From Eledone cirrhosa (taxonomy: Eukaryota): a stretch of DNA of 64,000 nt. The notes under the pieces were generated by a model. The model had not been told where the DNA came from and did no database searches. It was given only the letters and a program-made list of their open reading frames with translations. Position numbers and translations under genes: made by a program. Positions 40,201 to 52,419 of this stretch are shown here, one piece after another. Every line of letters begins with the position of its first letter. Positions within the stretch are counted from its first letter, which is position 1. The stretch covers positions 38,874,001 to 38,938,000 of the forward strand of contig OZ024758.1 of NCBI GenBank assembly GCA_964016885.1, written 5' to 3'.

Positions 40201-41280
40201 CTGTCAGAAGTAACTCCACTGTTGGTGAGAATTCATTTAAGTTCATGGTATTAGCTGACAGAAGGAACGCCACTGTTGGTGAGAATTCATTTAAGTTCAT
40301 GGTATTAGCTGTCAGAAGTAACTCCACTGTTGGTGAGAATTCATTTAAGTTCATGGTACTAGCTGTCAGAAGTAACTCCAATGTTGGTGAGAATTCATTT
40401 AAGTTCATGGTATTAGCTGTCAGAAGGAACTCCACTGTTGCTGAGAATTCATTTAAGTTCATGGTATTAGCTGTCAGAAGTAACTCCACTGTTGGTGAGA
40501 ATTCATTTAAGTTCATGGTACTAGCTGTCAGAAGTAACTCCACTGTTGGTGAGAATTCATTTAAGTTCATGGTATTAGCTGTCAGAAGTCACTCCAATGT
40601 TGGTGAGAATTCATTTAAGTTCATGGTATTAGCTGTCAGAAGTCACTCCACTGTTGGTGAGAATTCATTTAAGTTCATGGTACTAGCTGTCAGAAGTAAC
40701 CCCAATGTTGGTGAGAATTCATTTAAGTTCATGGTATTAGCTGTCAGAAGTCACTCCAATGTTGGTGAGAATTCATTTAAGTTCATGGTATTAGCTGTCA
40801 GAAGTAACTCCACTGTTGGTGAGAATTCATTTAAGTTCATGGTATTAGCTGTCAGAAGTAACTCCACTGTTGGTGAGAATTCATTTAAGTTCATGGTATT
40901 AGCTGTCAGAAGGAACTCCACTGTTGGTGAGAATTCATTTAAGTTCATGGTACTAGCTGTCAGAAGTAACTCCACTGTTGGTGAGAATTCATTTAAGTTC
41001 ATGGTATTAGTTTGTCAGAAGTAACTCCACTGTTGGTGAGAATTCATTTAAGTCATGGTACTAGCTGTCAGAAGTAACTCCACTGTTGGTGAGAATTCAT
41101 TTAAGTTCATGGTATTAGCTGTCAGAAGTAACTCCACTGTTGGTGAGAATTCATTTAAGTTCATGGTATTAGCTGTCAGAAGTAACTCCACTGTTGGTGA
41201 GAATTCATTTAAGTTCATGGTATTAGCTGTTAGATGGAACTCCAATGTTGGTGAGAATTCATTTAAGTCATGGTACTAGC
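31240..41280 (+). repeat. Tandem duplication, 5019-bp period (93 monomers)
   Basis: Nine ORF pairs from 31394/36413 to 36036/41055 have a constant offset of 5019. Shared variants are CATCGTA (31665/36684), AGACGT (33895/38914) and AACTTCAC (34498/39517). Confidence 0.95.
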
Positions 41281-43099
41281 TGTCAGAAGTAACTCCACTG
41301 TTGGTGAGAATTCATTTAAGTTCATGGTATTAGCTGTCAGAAGGAACGCCACTGTTGGTGAGAATTCATTTAAGTTAATGGTATTAGCTGTCAGAAGTAA
41401 CTCCACTGTTGGTGAGAATTCATTTAAGTTCATGGTACTAGGTGTCAGAAGTAACTCCAATGTTGGTGAGAATTCATTTAAGTTCATGGTATTAGCTGTC
41501 AGAAGGAACTCCACTGTTGCTGAGAATTCATTTAAGTTCATGGTATTAGCTGTCAGAAGTAACTCCAATGTTGGTGAGAATTCATTTAAGTTCATGGTAT
41601 TAGCTGTCAGAAGTAACTCCACTGTTGGTGAGAATTCATTTAAGTTCATGGTATTAGCTGTCAGAAGTAACTCCACTGTTGGTGAGAATTCATTTAAGTC
41701 ATGGTATTAGCTGTCAGAAGTAACTCCAATGTTGGTGAGAATTTATTTAAGTTCATGGTATTAGCTGTCAGAAGTCACTCCACTGTTGGTGAGAATTCAT
41801 TTAAGTTCATGGTACTAGCTGTCAGAAGTAACCCCAATGTTGGTGAGAATTCATTTAAGTTCATGTTATTAGCTGTCAGAAGTCACTCCAATGTTGGTGA
41901 GAATTCATTTAAGTTCATGGTATTAGCTGTCAGAAGTAACTCCACTGTTGGTGAGAATTCATTTAAGTTCATGGTATTAGCTGTCAGAAGTAACTCCACT
42001 GTTGGTGAGAATTCATTTAAGTTCATGGTATTAGCTGTCAGAAGTAACTCCACTGTTGGTGAGAATTCATTTAAGTTCATGGTATTAGCTGTCAGAAGGA
42101 ACTCCACTGTTGGTGAGAATTCATTTAAGTTCATGGTACTAGCTGTCAGAAGTAACTCCACTGTTGGTGAGAATTCATTTAAGTTCATGGTATTAGTTTG
42201 TCAGAAGTAACTCCACTGTTGGTGAGAATTCATTTAAGTCATGGTACTAGCTGTCAGAAGTAACTCCACTGTTGGTGAGAATTCATTTAAGTTCATGGTA
42301 TTAGCTGTCAGAAGTAACTCCAGTGTTGGTGAGAATTCATTTAAGTTCATGGTATTAGCTGTCAGAAGTAACTCCACTGTTGGTGAGAATTCATTTAAGT
42401 TCATGGTATTAGCTGTTAGATGGAACTCCAATGTTGGTGAGAATTCATTTAAGTCATGGTACTAGCTGTCAGAAGTAACTCCACTGTTGGTGAGAATTCA
42501 TTTAAGTTCATGGTATTAGCTGTCAGAAGGAACGCCACTGTTGGTGAGAATTCATTTAAGTTAATGGTATTAGCTGTCAGAAGTAACTCCACTGTTGGTG
42601 AGAATTCATTTAAGTTCATGGTACTAGGTGTCAGAAGTAACTCCAATGTTGGTGAGAATTCATTTAAGTTCATGGTATTAGCTGTCAGAAGGAACTCCAC
42701 TGTTGCTGAGAATTCATTTAAGTTCATGGTATTAGCTGTCAGAAGTAACTCCAATGTTGGTGAGAATTCATTTAAGTTCATGGTATTAGCTGTCAGAAGT
42801 AACTCCACTGTTGGTGAGAATTCATTTAAGTTCATGGTATTAGCTGTCAGAAGTAACTCCACTGTTGGTGAGAATTCATTTAAGTCATGGTATTAGCTGT
42901 CAGAAGTAACTCCAATGTTGGTGAGAATTTATTTAAGTTCATGGTATTAGCTGTCAGAAGGAACGCCACTGTTGGTGAGAATTCATTTAAGTTCATGGTA
43001 TTAGCTGTCAGAAGTAACTCCACTGTTGGTGAGAATTCATTTAAGTTCATGGTACTAGCTGTCAGAAGTAACTCCAATGTTGGTGAGAATTCATTTAAG

Positions 43100-46000
43100 T
43101 TCATGGTATTAGCTGTCAGAAGGAACTCCACTGTTGCTGAGAATTCATTTAAGTTCATGGTATTAGCTGTCAGAAGTAACTCCACTGTTGGTGAGAATTC
43201 ATTTAAGTTCATGGTATTAGCTGTCAGAAGTAACTCCACTGTTGGTGAGAATTCATTTAAGTCATGGTATTAGCTGTCAGAAGTAACTCCATTGTTGGTG
43301 AGAATTCATTTAAGTCATGGTACTAGCTGTCAGAAGTAACTCCACTGTTGGTGAGAATTCATTTAAGTCATGGTATTTATTAGCTGTCAGAAGTAACACC
43401 AATGTTGGTGAGAATTCATTTAAGTTCATGGTATTAGCTGTCAAAAGGAACGCCACTGTTGGTGAGAATTCATTTAAGTTCATGGTATTAGCTGTCAGAA
43501 GTCACTCCACTGTTGGTGAGAATTCATTTAAGTTCATGGTACTAGCTGTCAGAAGTAACCCCAATGTTGGTGAGAATTCATTTAAGTTCATGGTATTAGC
43601 TGTCAGAAGTCACTCCAATGTTGGTGAGAATTCATTTAAGTTCATGGTATTAGCTGTCAGAAGTAACTCCAATGTTGGTGAGAATTTATTTAAGTTCATG
43701 GTATTAGCTGTCAGAAGTCACTCCACTGTTGGTGAGAATTCATTTAAGTTCATGGTACTAGCTGTCAGAAGTAACCCCAATGTTGGTGAGAATTCATTTA
43801 AGTTCATGGTATTAGCTGTCAGAAGTCACTCCAATGTTGGTGAGAATTCATTTAAGTTCATGGTATTAGCTGTCAGAAGTAACTCCACTGTTGGTGAGAA
43901 TTCATTTAAGTTCATGGTATTAGCTGTCAGAAGTAACTCCACTGTTGGTGAGAATTCATTTAAGTTCATGGTACTAGCTGTCAGAAGTAACTCCACTGTT
44001 GGTGAGAATTCATTTAAGTTCATGGTATTAGCTGTCAGAAGTCACTCCAATGTTGGTGAGAATTCATTTAAGTTCATGGTATTAGCTGTCAGAAGTCACT
44101 CCACTGTTGGTGAGAATTCATTTAAGTTCATGGTACTAGCTGTCAGAAGTAACCCCAATGTTGGTGAGAATTCATTTAAGTTCATGGTATTAGCTGTCAG
44201 AAGTCACTCCAATGTTGGTGAGAATTCATTTAAGTTCATGGTATTAGCTGTCAGAAGTAACTCCACTGTTGGTGAGAATTCATTTAAGTTCATGGTATTA
44301 GCTGTCAGAAGGAACTCCACTGTTGGTGAGAATTCATTTAAGTTCATGGTACTAGCTGTCAGAAGTAACTCCACTGTTGGTGAGAATTCATTTAAGTTCA
44401 TGGTATTAGTTTGTCAGAAGTAACTCCACTGTTGGTGAGAATGCATTTAAGTCATGGTATTAGTTGTCAGAAGTAACTCCAATGTTAGTGAGAATTCATT
44501 TAAGCCATGGTACTAGCTGTCAGAAGTAACTCCAATGTTGGTGAGAATTCATTTAAGTTCATGGTATTAGCTGTCAGAACGAACTCCACTGTTGGTGAGA
44601 ATTCATTTAAGTTCATGGTATTAGCTGTCAGAAGTAACTCCACTGTTGGTGAGAATTCATTTAAGTTCATGGTACTAGCTGTCAGAAGTAACTCCAATGT
44701 TGGTGAGAATTCATTTAAGTTCATGGTATTAGCTGTCAGAAGTAACTCCACTGTTGGTGAGAGTTCATTTAAGTCATGGTATTAGCTGTCAGAAGTAACT
44801 CCAATGTTGGTGAGAATTCATTTATGTTCATGGTATTAGCTGTCAGAAGTAACTCCACTGTTGGTGAGAATTCATTTAAGTTCATGGTATTAGCTGTCAG
44901 AAGTAACTCCACTGTTGGTGAGAATTCATTTAAGTTCATGGTACTAGCTGTCAGAAGTAACTCCACTGTTGGTGAGAATTCATTTAAGTTCATGGTATTA
45001 GTTTGTCAGAAGTAACTCCACTGTTGGTGAGAATTCATTTAAGTCATGGTATTAGTTGTCAGAAGTAACTCCAATGTTGGTGAGAATTCATTTAAGTTCA
45101 TGGTATTAGCTGTCAGAAGGAACTCCACTGTTGGTGAGAATTCATTTAAGTTCATGGTATTAGCTGTCAGAAGGAACTCCAATGTTGGTGAGAATTCATT
45201 TAAGTCATGGTACTAGCTGTCAGAAGTAACTCCACTGTTGGTGAGAATTCATTTAAGTCATGGTATTAGCTGTCAGAAGTAACTCCACTGTTGGTGAGAA
45301 TTCATTTAAGTTCATGGTACTAGCTGTCAGAAGTAACTCCAATGTTGGTGAGAATTCATTTAAGTTCATGGTATTAGCTGTCAGAAGGAACTCCACTGTT
45401 GGTGAGAATTAATTTAAGTTCATGGTATTAGCTGTCAGAAGTAACTCCACTGTTGGTGAGAATTCATTTAAGTCATGGTATTAGCTGTCAGAAGTAACTC
45501 CATTGTTGGTGAGAATTCATTTAAGTCATGGTACTAGCTGTCAGAAGTAACTCCAATGTTGGTGAGAATTCATTTAAGTCATGGTACTAGCTGTCAGAAG
45601 TAACTCCAATGTTGGTGAGAATTCATTTAAGTTCATGGTATTAGCTGTCAGAAGGAACTCCACTGTTGGTGAGAATTCATTTAAGTTCATGGTATTAGCT
45701 GTCAGAAGTAACTCCACTGTTGGTGAGAATTCATTTAAGTTCATGGTACTAGCTGTCAGAAGTAACTCCAATGTTGGTGAGAATTCATTTAAGTTCATGG
45801 TATTAGCTGTCAGAAGTAACTCCACTGTTGGTGAGAATTCATTTAAGTCATGGTATTAGCTGTCAGAAGTAACTCCAATGTTGGTGAGAATTCATTTAAG
45901 TTCATGGTATTAGCTGTCAGAAGTAACTCGAATGTTGGTGAGAATTCATTTAAGTTCATGGTATTAGCTGTCAGAAGGAACTCCACTGTTGCTGAGAATT

Positions 46001-48900
46001 CATTTAAGTTCATGGTATTAGCTGTCAGAAGTAACTCCACTGTTGGTGAGAATTCATTTAAGTTCATGGTATTAGCTGTCAGAAGTAACTCCACTGTTGG
46101 TGAGAATTCATTTAAGTCATGGTATTAGCTGTCAGAAGTAACTCCATTGTTGGTGAGAATTCATTTAAGTCATGGTACTAGCTGTCAGAAGTAACTCCAC
46201 TGTTGGTGAGAATTCATTTAAGTCATGGTATTTATTAGCTGTCAGAAGTAACACCAATGTTGGTGAGAATTCATTTAAGTTCATGGTATTAGCTGTCAGA
46301 AGGAACGCCACTGTTGGTGAGAATTCATTTAAGTTCATGGTATTAGCTGTCAGAAGTCACTCCACTGTTGGTGAGAATTCATTTAAGTTCATGGTACTAG
46401 CTGTCAGAAGTAACCCCAATGTTGGTGAGAATTCATTTAAGTTCATGGTATTAGCTGTCAGAAGTCACTCCAATGTTGGTGAGAATTCATTTAAGTTCAT
46501 GGTATTAGCTGTCAGAAGTAACTCCACTGTTGGTGAGAATTCATTTAAGTTCATGGTATTAGCTGTCAGAAGTCACTCCACTGTTGGTGAGAATTCATTT
46601 AAGTTCATGGTACTAGCTGTCAGAAGTAACCCCAATGTTGGTGAGAATTCATTTAAGTTCATGGTATTAGCTGTCAGAAGTCACTCCAATGTTGGTGAGA
46701 ATTCATTTAAGTTCATGGTATTAGCTGTCAGAAGTAACTCCACTGTTGGTGAGAATTCATTTAAGTTCATGGTATTAGCTGTCAGAAGTAACTCCACTGT
46801 TGGTGAGAATTCATTTAAGTTCATGGTACTAGCTGTCAGAAGTAACTCCACTGTTGGTGAGAATTCATTTAAGTTCATGGTATTAGCTGTCAGAAGTCAC
46901 TCCAATGTTGGTGAGAATTCATTTAAGTTCATGGTATTAGCTGTCAGAAGTCACTCCACTGTTGGTGAGAATTCATTTAATTTCATGGTACTAGCTGTCA
47001 GAAGTAACCCCAATGTTGGTGAGAATTCATTTAAGTTCATGGTATTAGCTGTCAGAAGTCACTCCAATGTTGGTGAGAATTCATTTAAGTTCATGGTATT
47101 AGCTGTCAGAAGTAACTCCACTGTTGGTGAGAATTCATTTAAGTTCATGGTATTAGCTGTCAGAAGGAACTCCACTGTTGGTGAGAATTCATTTAAGTTC
47201 ATGGTACTAGCTGTCAGAAGTAACTCCACTGTTGGTGAGAATTCATTTAAGTTCATGGTATTAGTTTGTCAGAAGTAACTCCACTGTTGGTGAGAATGCA
47301 TTTAAGTCATGGTATTAGTTGTCAGAAGTAACTCCAATGTTAGTGAGAATTCATTTAAGCCATGGTACTAGCTGTCAGAAGTAACTCCAATGTTGGTGAG
47401 AATTCATTTAAGTTCATGGTATTAGCTGTCAGAACGAACTCCACTGTTGGTGAGAATTCATTTAAGTTCATGGTATTAGCTGTCAGAAGTAACTCCACTG
47501 TTGGTGAGAATTCATTTAAGTTCATGGTACTAGCTGTCAGAAGTAACTCCAATGTTGGTGAGAATTCATTTAAGTTCATGGTATTAGCTGTCAGAAGTAA
47601 CTCCACTGTTGGTGAGAGTTCATTTAAGTCATGGTATTAGCTGTCAGAAGTAACTCCAATGTTGGTGAGAATTCATTTATGTTCATGGTATTAGCTGTCA
47701 GAAGTAACTCCACTGTTGGTGAGAATTCATTTAAGTTCATGGTATTAGCTGTCAGAAGTAACTCCACTGTTGGTGAGAATTCATTTAAGTTCATGGTACT
47801 AGCTGTCAGAAGTAACTCCACTGTTGGTGAGAATTCATTTAAGTTCATGGTATTAGTTTGTCAGAAGTAACTCCACTGTTGGTGAGAATTCATTTAAGTC
47901 ATGGTATTAGTTGTCAGAAGTAACTCCAATGTTGGTGAGAATTCATTTAAGTTCATGGTATTAGCTGTCAGAAGGAACTCCACTGTTGGTGAGAATTCAT
48001 TTAAGTTCATGGTATTAGCTGTCAGAAGGAACTCCAATGTTGGTGAGAATTCATTTAAGTCATGGTACTAGCTGTCAGAAGTAACTCCACTGTTGGTGAG
48101 AATTCATTTAAGTCATGGTATTAGCTGTCAGAAGTAACTCCACTGTTGGTGAGAATTCATTTAAGTTCATGGTACTAGCTGTCAGAAGTAACTCCAATGT
48201 TGGTGAGAATTCATTTAAGTTCATGGTATTAGCTGTCAGAAGGAACTCCACTGTTGGTGAGAATTAATTTAAGTTCATGGTATTAGCTGTCAGAAGTAAC
48301 TCCACTGTTGGTGAGAATTCATTTAAGTCATGGTATTAGCTGTCAGAAGTAACTCCATTGTTGGTGAGAATTCATTTAAGTCATGGTACTAGCTGTCAGA
48401 AGTAACTCCAATGTTGGTGAGAATTCATTTAAGTCATGGTACTAGCTGTCAGAAGTAACTCCAATGTTGGTGAGAATTCATTTAAGTTCATGGTATTAGC
48501 TGTCAGAAGGAACTCCACTGTTGGTGAGAATTCATTTAAGTTCATGGTATTAGCTGTCAGAAGTAACTCCACTGTTGGTGAGAATTCATTTAAGTTCATG
48601 GTACTAGCTGTCATAAGTAACTCCAATGTTGGTGAGAATTCATTTAAGTTCATGGTATTAGCTGTCAGAAGTAACTCCACTGTTGGTGAGAATTCATTTA
48701 AGTCATGGTATTAGCTGTCAGAAGTAACTCCAATGTTGGTGAGAATTCATTTAAGTTCATGGTATTAGCTGTCAGAAGTAACTCCAATGTTGGTGAGAAT
48801 TCATTTAAGTTCATGGTATTAGCTGTCAGAAGGAACTCCACTGTTGCTGAGAATTCATTTAAGTTCATGGTATTAGCTGTCAGAAGTAACTCCACTGTTG
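43100..48900 (+). repeat. Tandem duplication, 2855-bp period (53 monomers)
   Basis: ORF pairs 43317/46172, 44507/47362, 44776/47631, 45581/48436 and 45850/48705 are offset by 2855. The variants TGTTAGTG, TTTATGTTC and AATTAATTT occur in both copies. Confidence 0.92.
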
Positions 48901-51900
48901 GTGAGAATTCATTTAAGTTCATGGTACTAGCTGTCAGAAGTCACTCCACTGTTGGTGAGAATTCATTTAAGTTCATGGTACTAGCTGTCAGAAGTAACTC
49001 CAATGTTGGTGAGAATTCATTTAAGTTCATGGTATTAGCTGTCAGAAGTAACTCCAATGTTGGTGAGAATTCATTTAAGTTCATGGTATTAGCTGTCAGA
49101 AGTAACTCCACTGTTGGTGAGAATTCATTTAAGTTCATGGTATTAGCTGACAGAAGGAACGCCACTGTTGGTGAGAATTCATTTAAGTTCATGGTATTAG
49201 CTGTCAGAAGTAACTCCACTGTTGGTGAGAATTCATTTAAGTTCATGGTACTAGCTGTCAGAAGTAACTCCAATGTTGGTGAGAATTCATTTAAGTTCAT
49301 GGTATTAGCTGTCAGAAGTAACTCCACTGTTGGTGAGAATTCATTTAAGTTCATGGTACTAGCTGTCAGAAGTAACTCCACTGTTGGTGAGAATTCATTT
49401 AAGTTCATGGTATTAGCTGTCAGAAGTCACTCCAATGTTGGTGAGAATTCATTTAAGTTCATGGTATTAGCTGTCAGAAGTCACTCCACTGTTGGTGAGA
49501 ATTCATTTAAGTTCATGGTACTAGCTGTCAGAAGTAACCCCAATGTTGGTGAGAATTCATTTAAGTTCATGGTATTAGCTGTCAGAAGTCACTCCAATGT
49601 TGGTGAGAATTCATTTAAGTTCATGGTATTAGCTGTCAGAAGTAACTCCACTGTTGGTGAGAATTCATTTAAGTTCATGGTATTAGCTGTTAGAAGTAAC
49701 TCCACTGTTGGTGAGAATTCATTTAAGTTCATGGTATTAGCTGTCAGAAGGAACTCCACTGTTGGTGAGAATTCATTTAAGTTCATGGTACTAGCTGTCA
49801 GAAGTAACTCCACTGTTGGTGAGAATTCATTTAAGTTCATGGTATTAGTTTGTCAGAAGTAACTCCACTGTTGGTGAGAATTCATTTAAGTCATGGTACT
49901 AGCTGTCAGAAGTAACTCCACTGTTGGTGAGAATTCATTTAAGTTCATGGTATTAGCTGTCAGAAGTAACTCCACTGTTGGTGAGAATTCATTTAAGTTC
50001 ATGGTACTAGGTGTCAGAAGTAACTCCAATGTTGGTGAGAATTCATTTAAGTTCATGGTATTAGCTGTCAGAAGGAACTCCACTGTTGCTGAGAATTCAT
50101 TTAAGTTCATGGTATTAGCTGTCAGAAGTAACTCCACTGTTGGTGAGAATTCATTTAAGTTCATGGTATTAGCTGTCAGAAGTAACTCCACTGTTGGTGA
50201 GAATTCATTTAAGTCATGGTATTAGCTGTCAGAAGTAACTCCATTGTTGGTGAGAATTCATTTAAGTCATGGTACTAGCTGTTAAAAGTAACTCCAATGT
50301 TGGTGAGAATTCATTTAAGTCATGGTACTAGCTGTCAGAAGTAACTCCAATGTTGGTGAGAATTCATTTAAGTTCATGGTATTAGCTGTCAGAAGGAACT
50401 CCACTGTTGGTGAGAATTCATTTAAGTTCATGGTATTAGCTGTCAGAAGTAACTCCACTGTTGGTGAGAATTCATTTAAGTTCATGGTATTAGCTGTCAG
50501 AAGTAACTCCACTGTTGGTGAGAATTCATTTAAGTTCATGGTACTAGCTGTCAGAAGTAACTCCAATGTTGGTGAGAATTCATTTAAGTTCATGGTATTA
50601 GCTGTCAGAAGTAACTCCACTGTTGGTGAGAATCCATTTAAGTCATGGTATTAGCTGTCAGAAGTAACTCCAATGTTGGTGAGAATTCATTTAAGTTCAT
50701 GGTATTAGCTGTCAGAAGTAACTCCAATGTTGGTGAGAATTCATTTAAGTTCATGGTATTAGCTGTCAGAAGGAACTCCACTGTTGCTGAGAATTCATTT
50801 AAGTTCATGGTACTAGCTGTCAGAAGTAACTCCACTGTTGGTGAGAATTCATTTAAGTTCATGGTACTAGCTGTCAGAAGTAACTCCACTGTTGGTGAGA
50901 ATTCATTTAAGTTCATGGTATTAGCTGTCAGAAGTCACTCCAATGTTGGTGAGAATTCATTTAAGTTCATGGTATTAGCTGTCAGAAGTCACTCCACTGT
51001 TGGTGAGAATTCATTTAAGTTCATGGTACTAGCTGTCAGAAGTAACCCCAATGTTGGTGAGAATTCATTTAAGTTCATGGTATTAGCTGTCAGAAGTCAC
51101 TCCAATGTTGGTGAGAATTCATTTAAGTTCATGGTATTAGCTGTCAGAAGTAACTCCACTGTTGGTGAGAATTCATTTAAGTTCATGGTATTAGCTGTCA
51201 GAAGGAACTCCACTGTTGGTGAGAATTCATTTAAGTTCATGGTACTAGCTGTCAGAAGTAACTCCACCGTTGGTGAGAATTCATTTAAGTTCATGGTATT
51301 AGTTTGTCAGAAGTAACTCCACTGTTGGTGAGAATGCATTTAAGTCATGGTATTAGTTGTCAGAAGTAACTCCAATGTTGGTGAGAATTCATTTAAGCCA
51401 TGGTACTAGCTGTCAGAAGTAACTCCAATGTTGGTGAGAATTCATTTAAGTTCATGGTATTAGCTGTCAGAACGAACTCCACTGTTGGTGAGAATTCATT
51501 TAAGTTCATGGTATTAGCTGTCAGAAGTAACTCCACTGTTGGTGAGAATTCATTTAAGTTCATGGTACTAGCTGTCAGAAGTAACTCCAATGTTGGTGAG
51601 AAATCATTTAAGTTCATGGTATTAGCTGTCAGAAGTAACTCCACTGTTGGTGAGAGTTCATTTAAGTCATGGTATTAGCTGTCAGAAGTAACTCCAATGT
51701 TGGTGAGAATTCATTTAAGTTCATGGTATTAGCTGTCAGAAGTAACTCCACTGTTGGTGAGAATTCATTTAAGTTCATGGTATTAGCTGTCAGAAGTAAC
51801 TCCACTGTTGGTGAGAATTCATTTAAGTTCATGGTACTAGCTGTCAGAAGTAACTCCACTGTTGGTGAGAATTCATTTAAGTTCATGGTATTAGCTGTCA

Positions 51901-52419
51901 GAAGGAACGCCACTGTTGGTGAGAATTCATTTAAGTTCATTGTATTAGCTGTCAGAAGGAACTCCAATGTTGGTGAGAATTCATTTAAGTCATGGTACTA
52001 GCTGTCAGAAGTAACTCCACTGTTGGTGAGAATTCATTTAAGTTCATTGTATTAGCTGTCAGAAGGAACTCCACTGTTGGTGAGAATTCATTTAAGTTCA
52101 TGGTATTAGCTGTCAGAAGGAACGCCACTGTTGGTGAGAATTCATTTAAGTTCATGGTATTAGCTGTCAGAAGTAACTCCACTGTTGGTGAGAATTCATT
52201 TAAGTTCATGGTACTAGCTGTCAGAAGTAACTCCAATGTTGGTGAGAATTCATTTAAGTTCATGTTATTAGCTGTCAGAAGGAACTCCACTGTTGGTGAG
52301 AATTCATTTAAGTTCATGGTATTAGCTGTCAGAAGTAACTCCACTGTTGGTGAGAATTCATTTAAGTCATGGTATTAGCTGTCAGAAGTAACTCCATTGT
52401 TGGTGAGAATTCATTTAAG

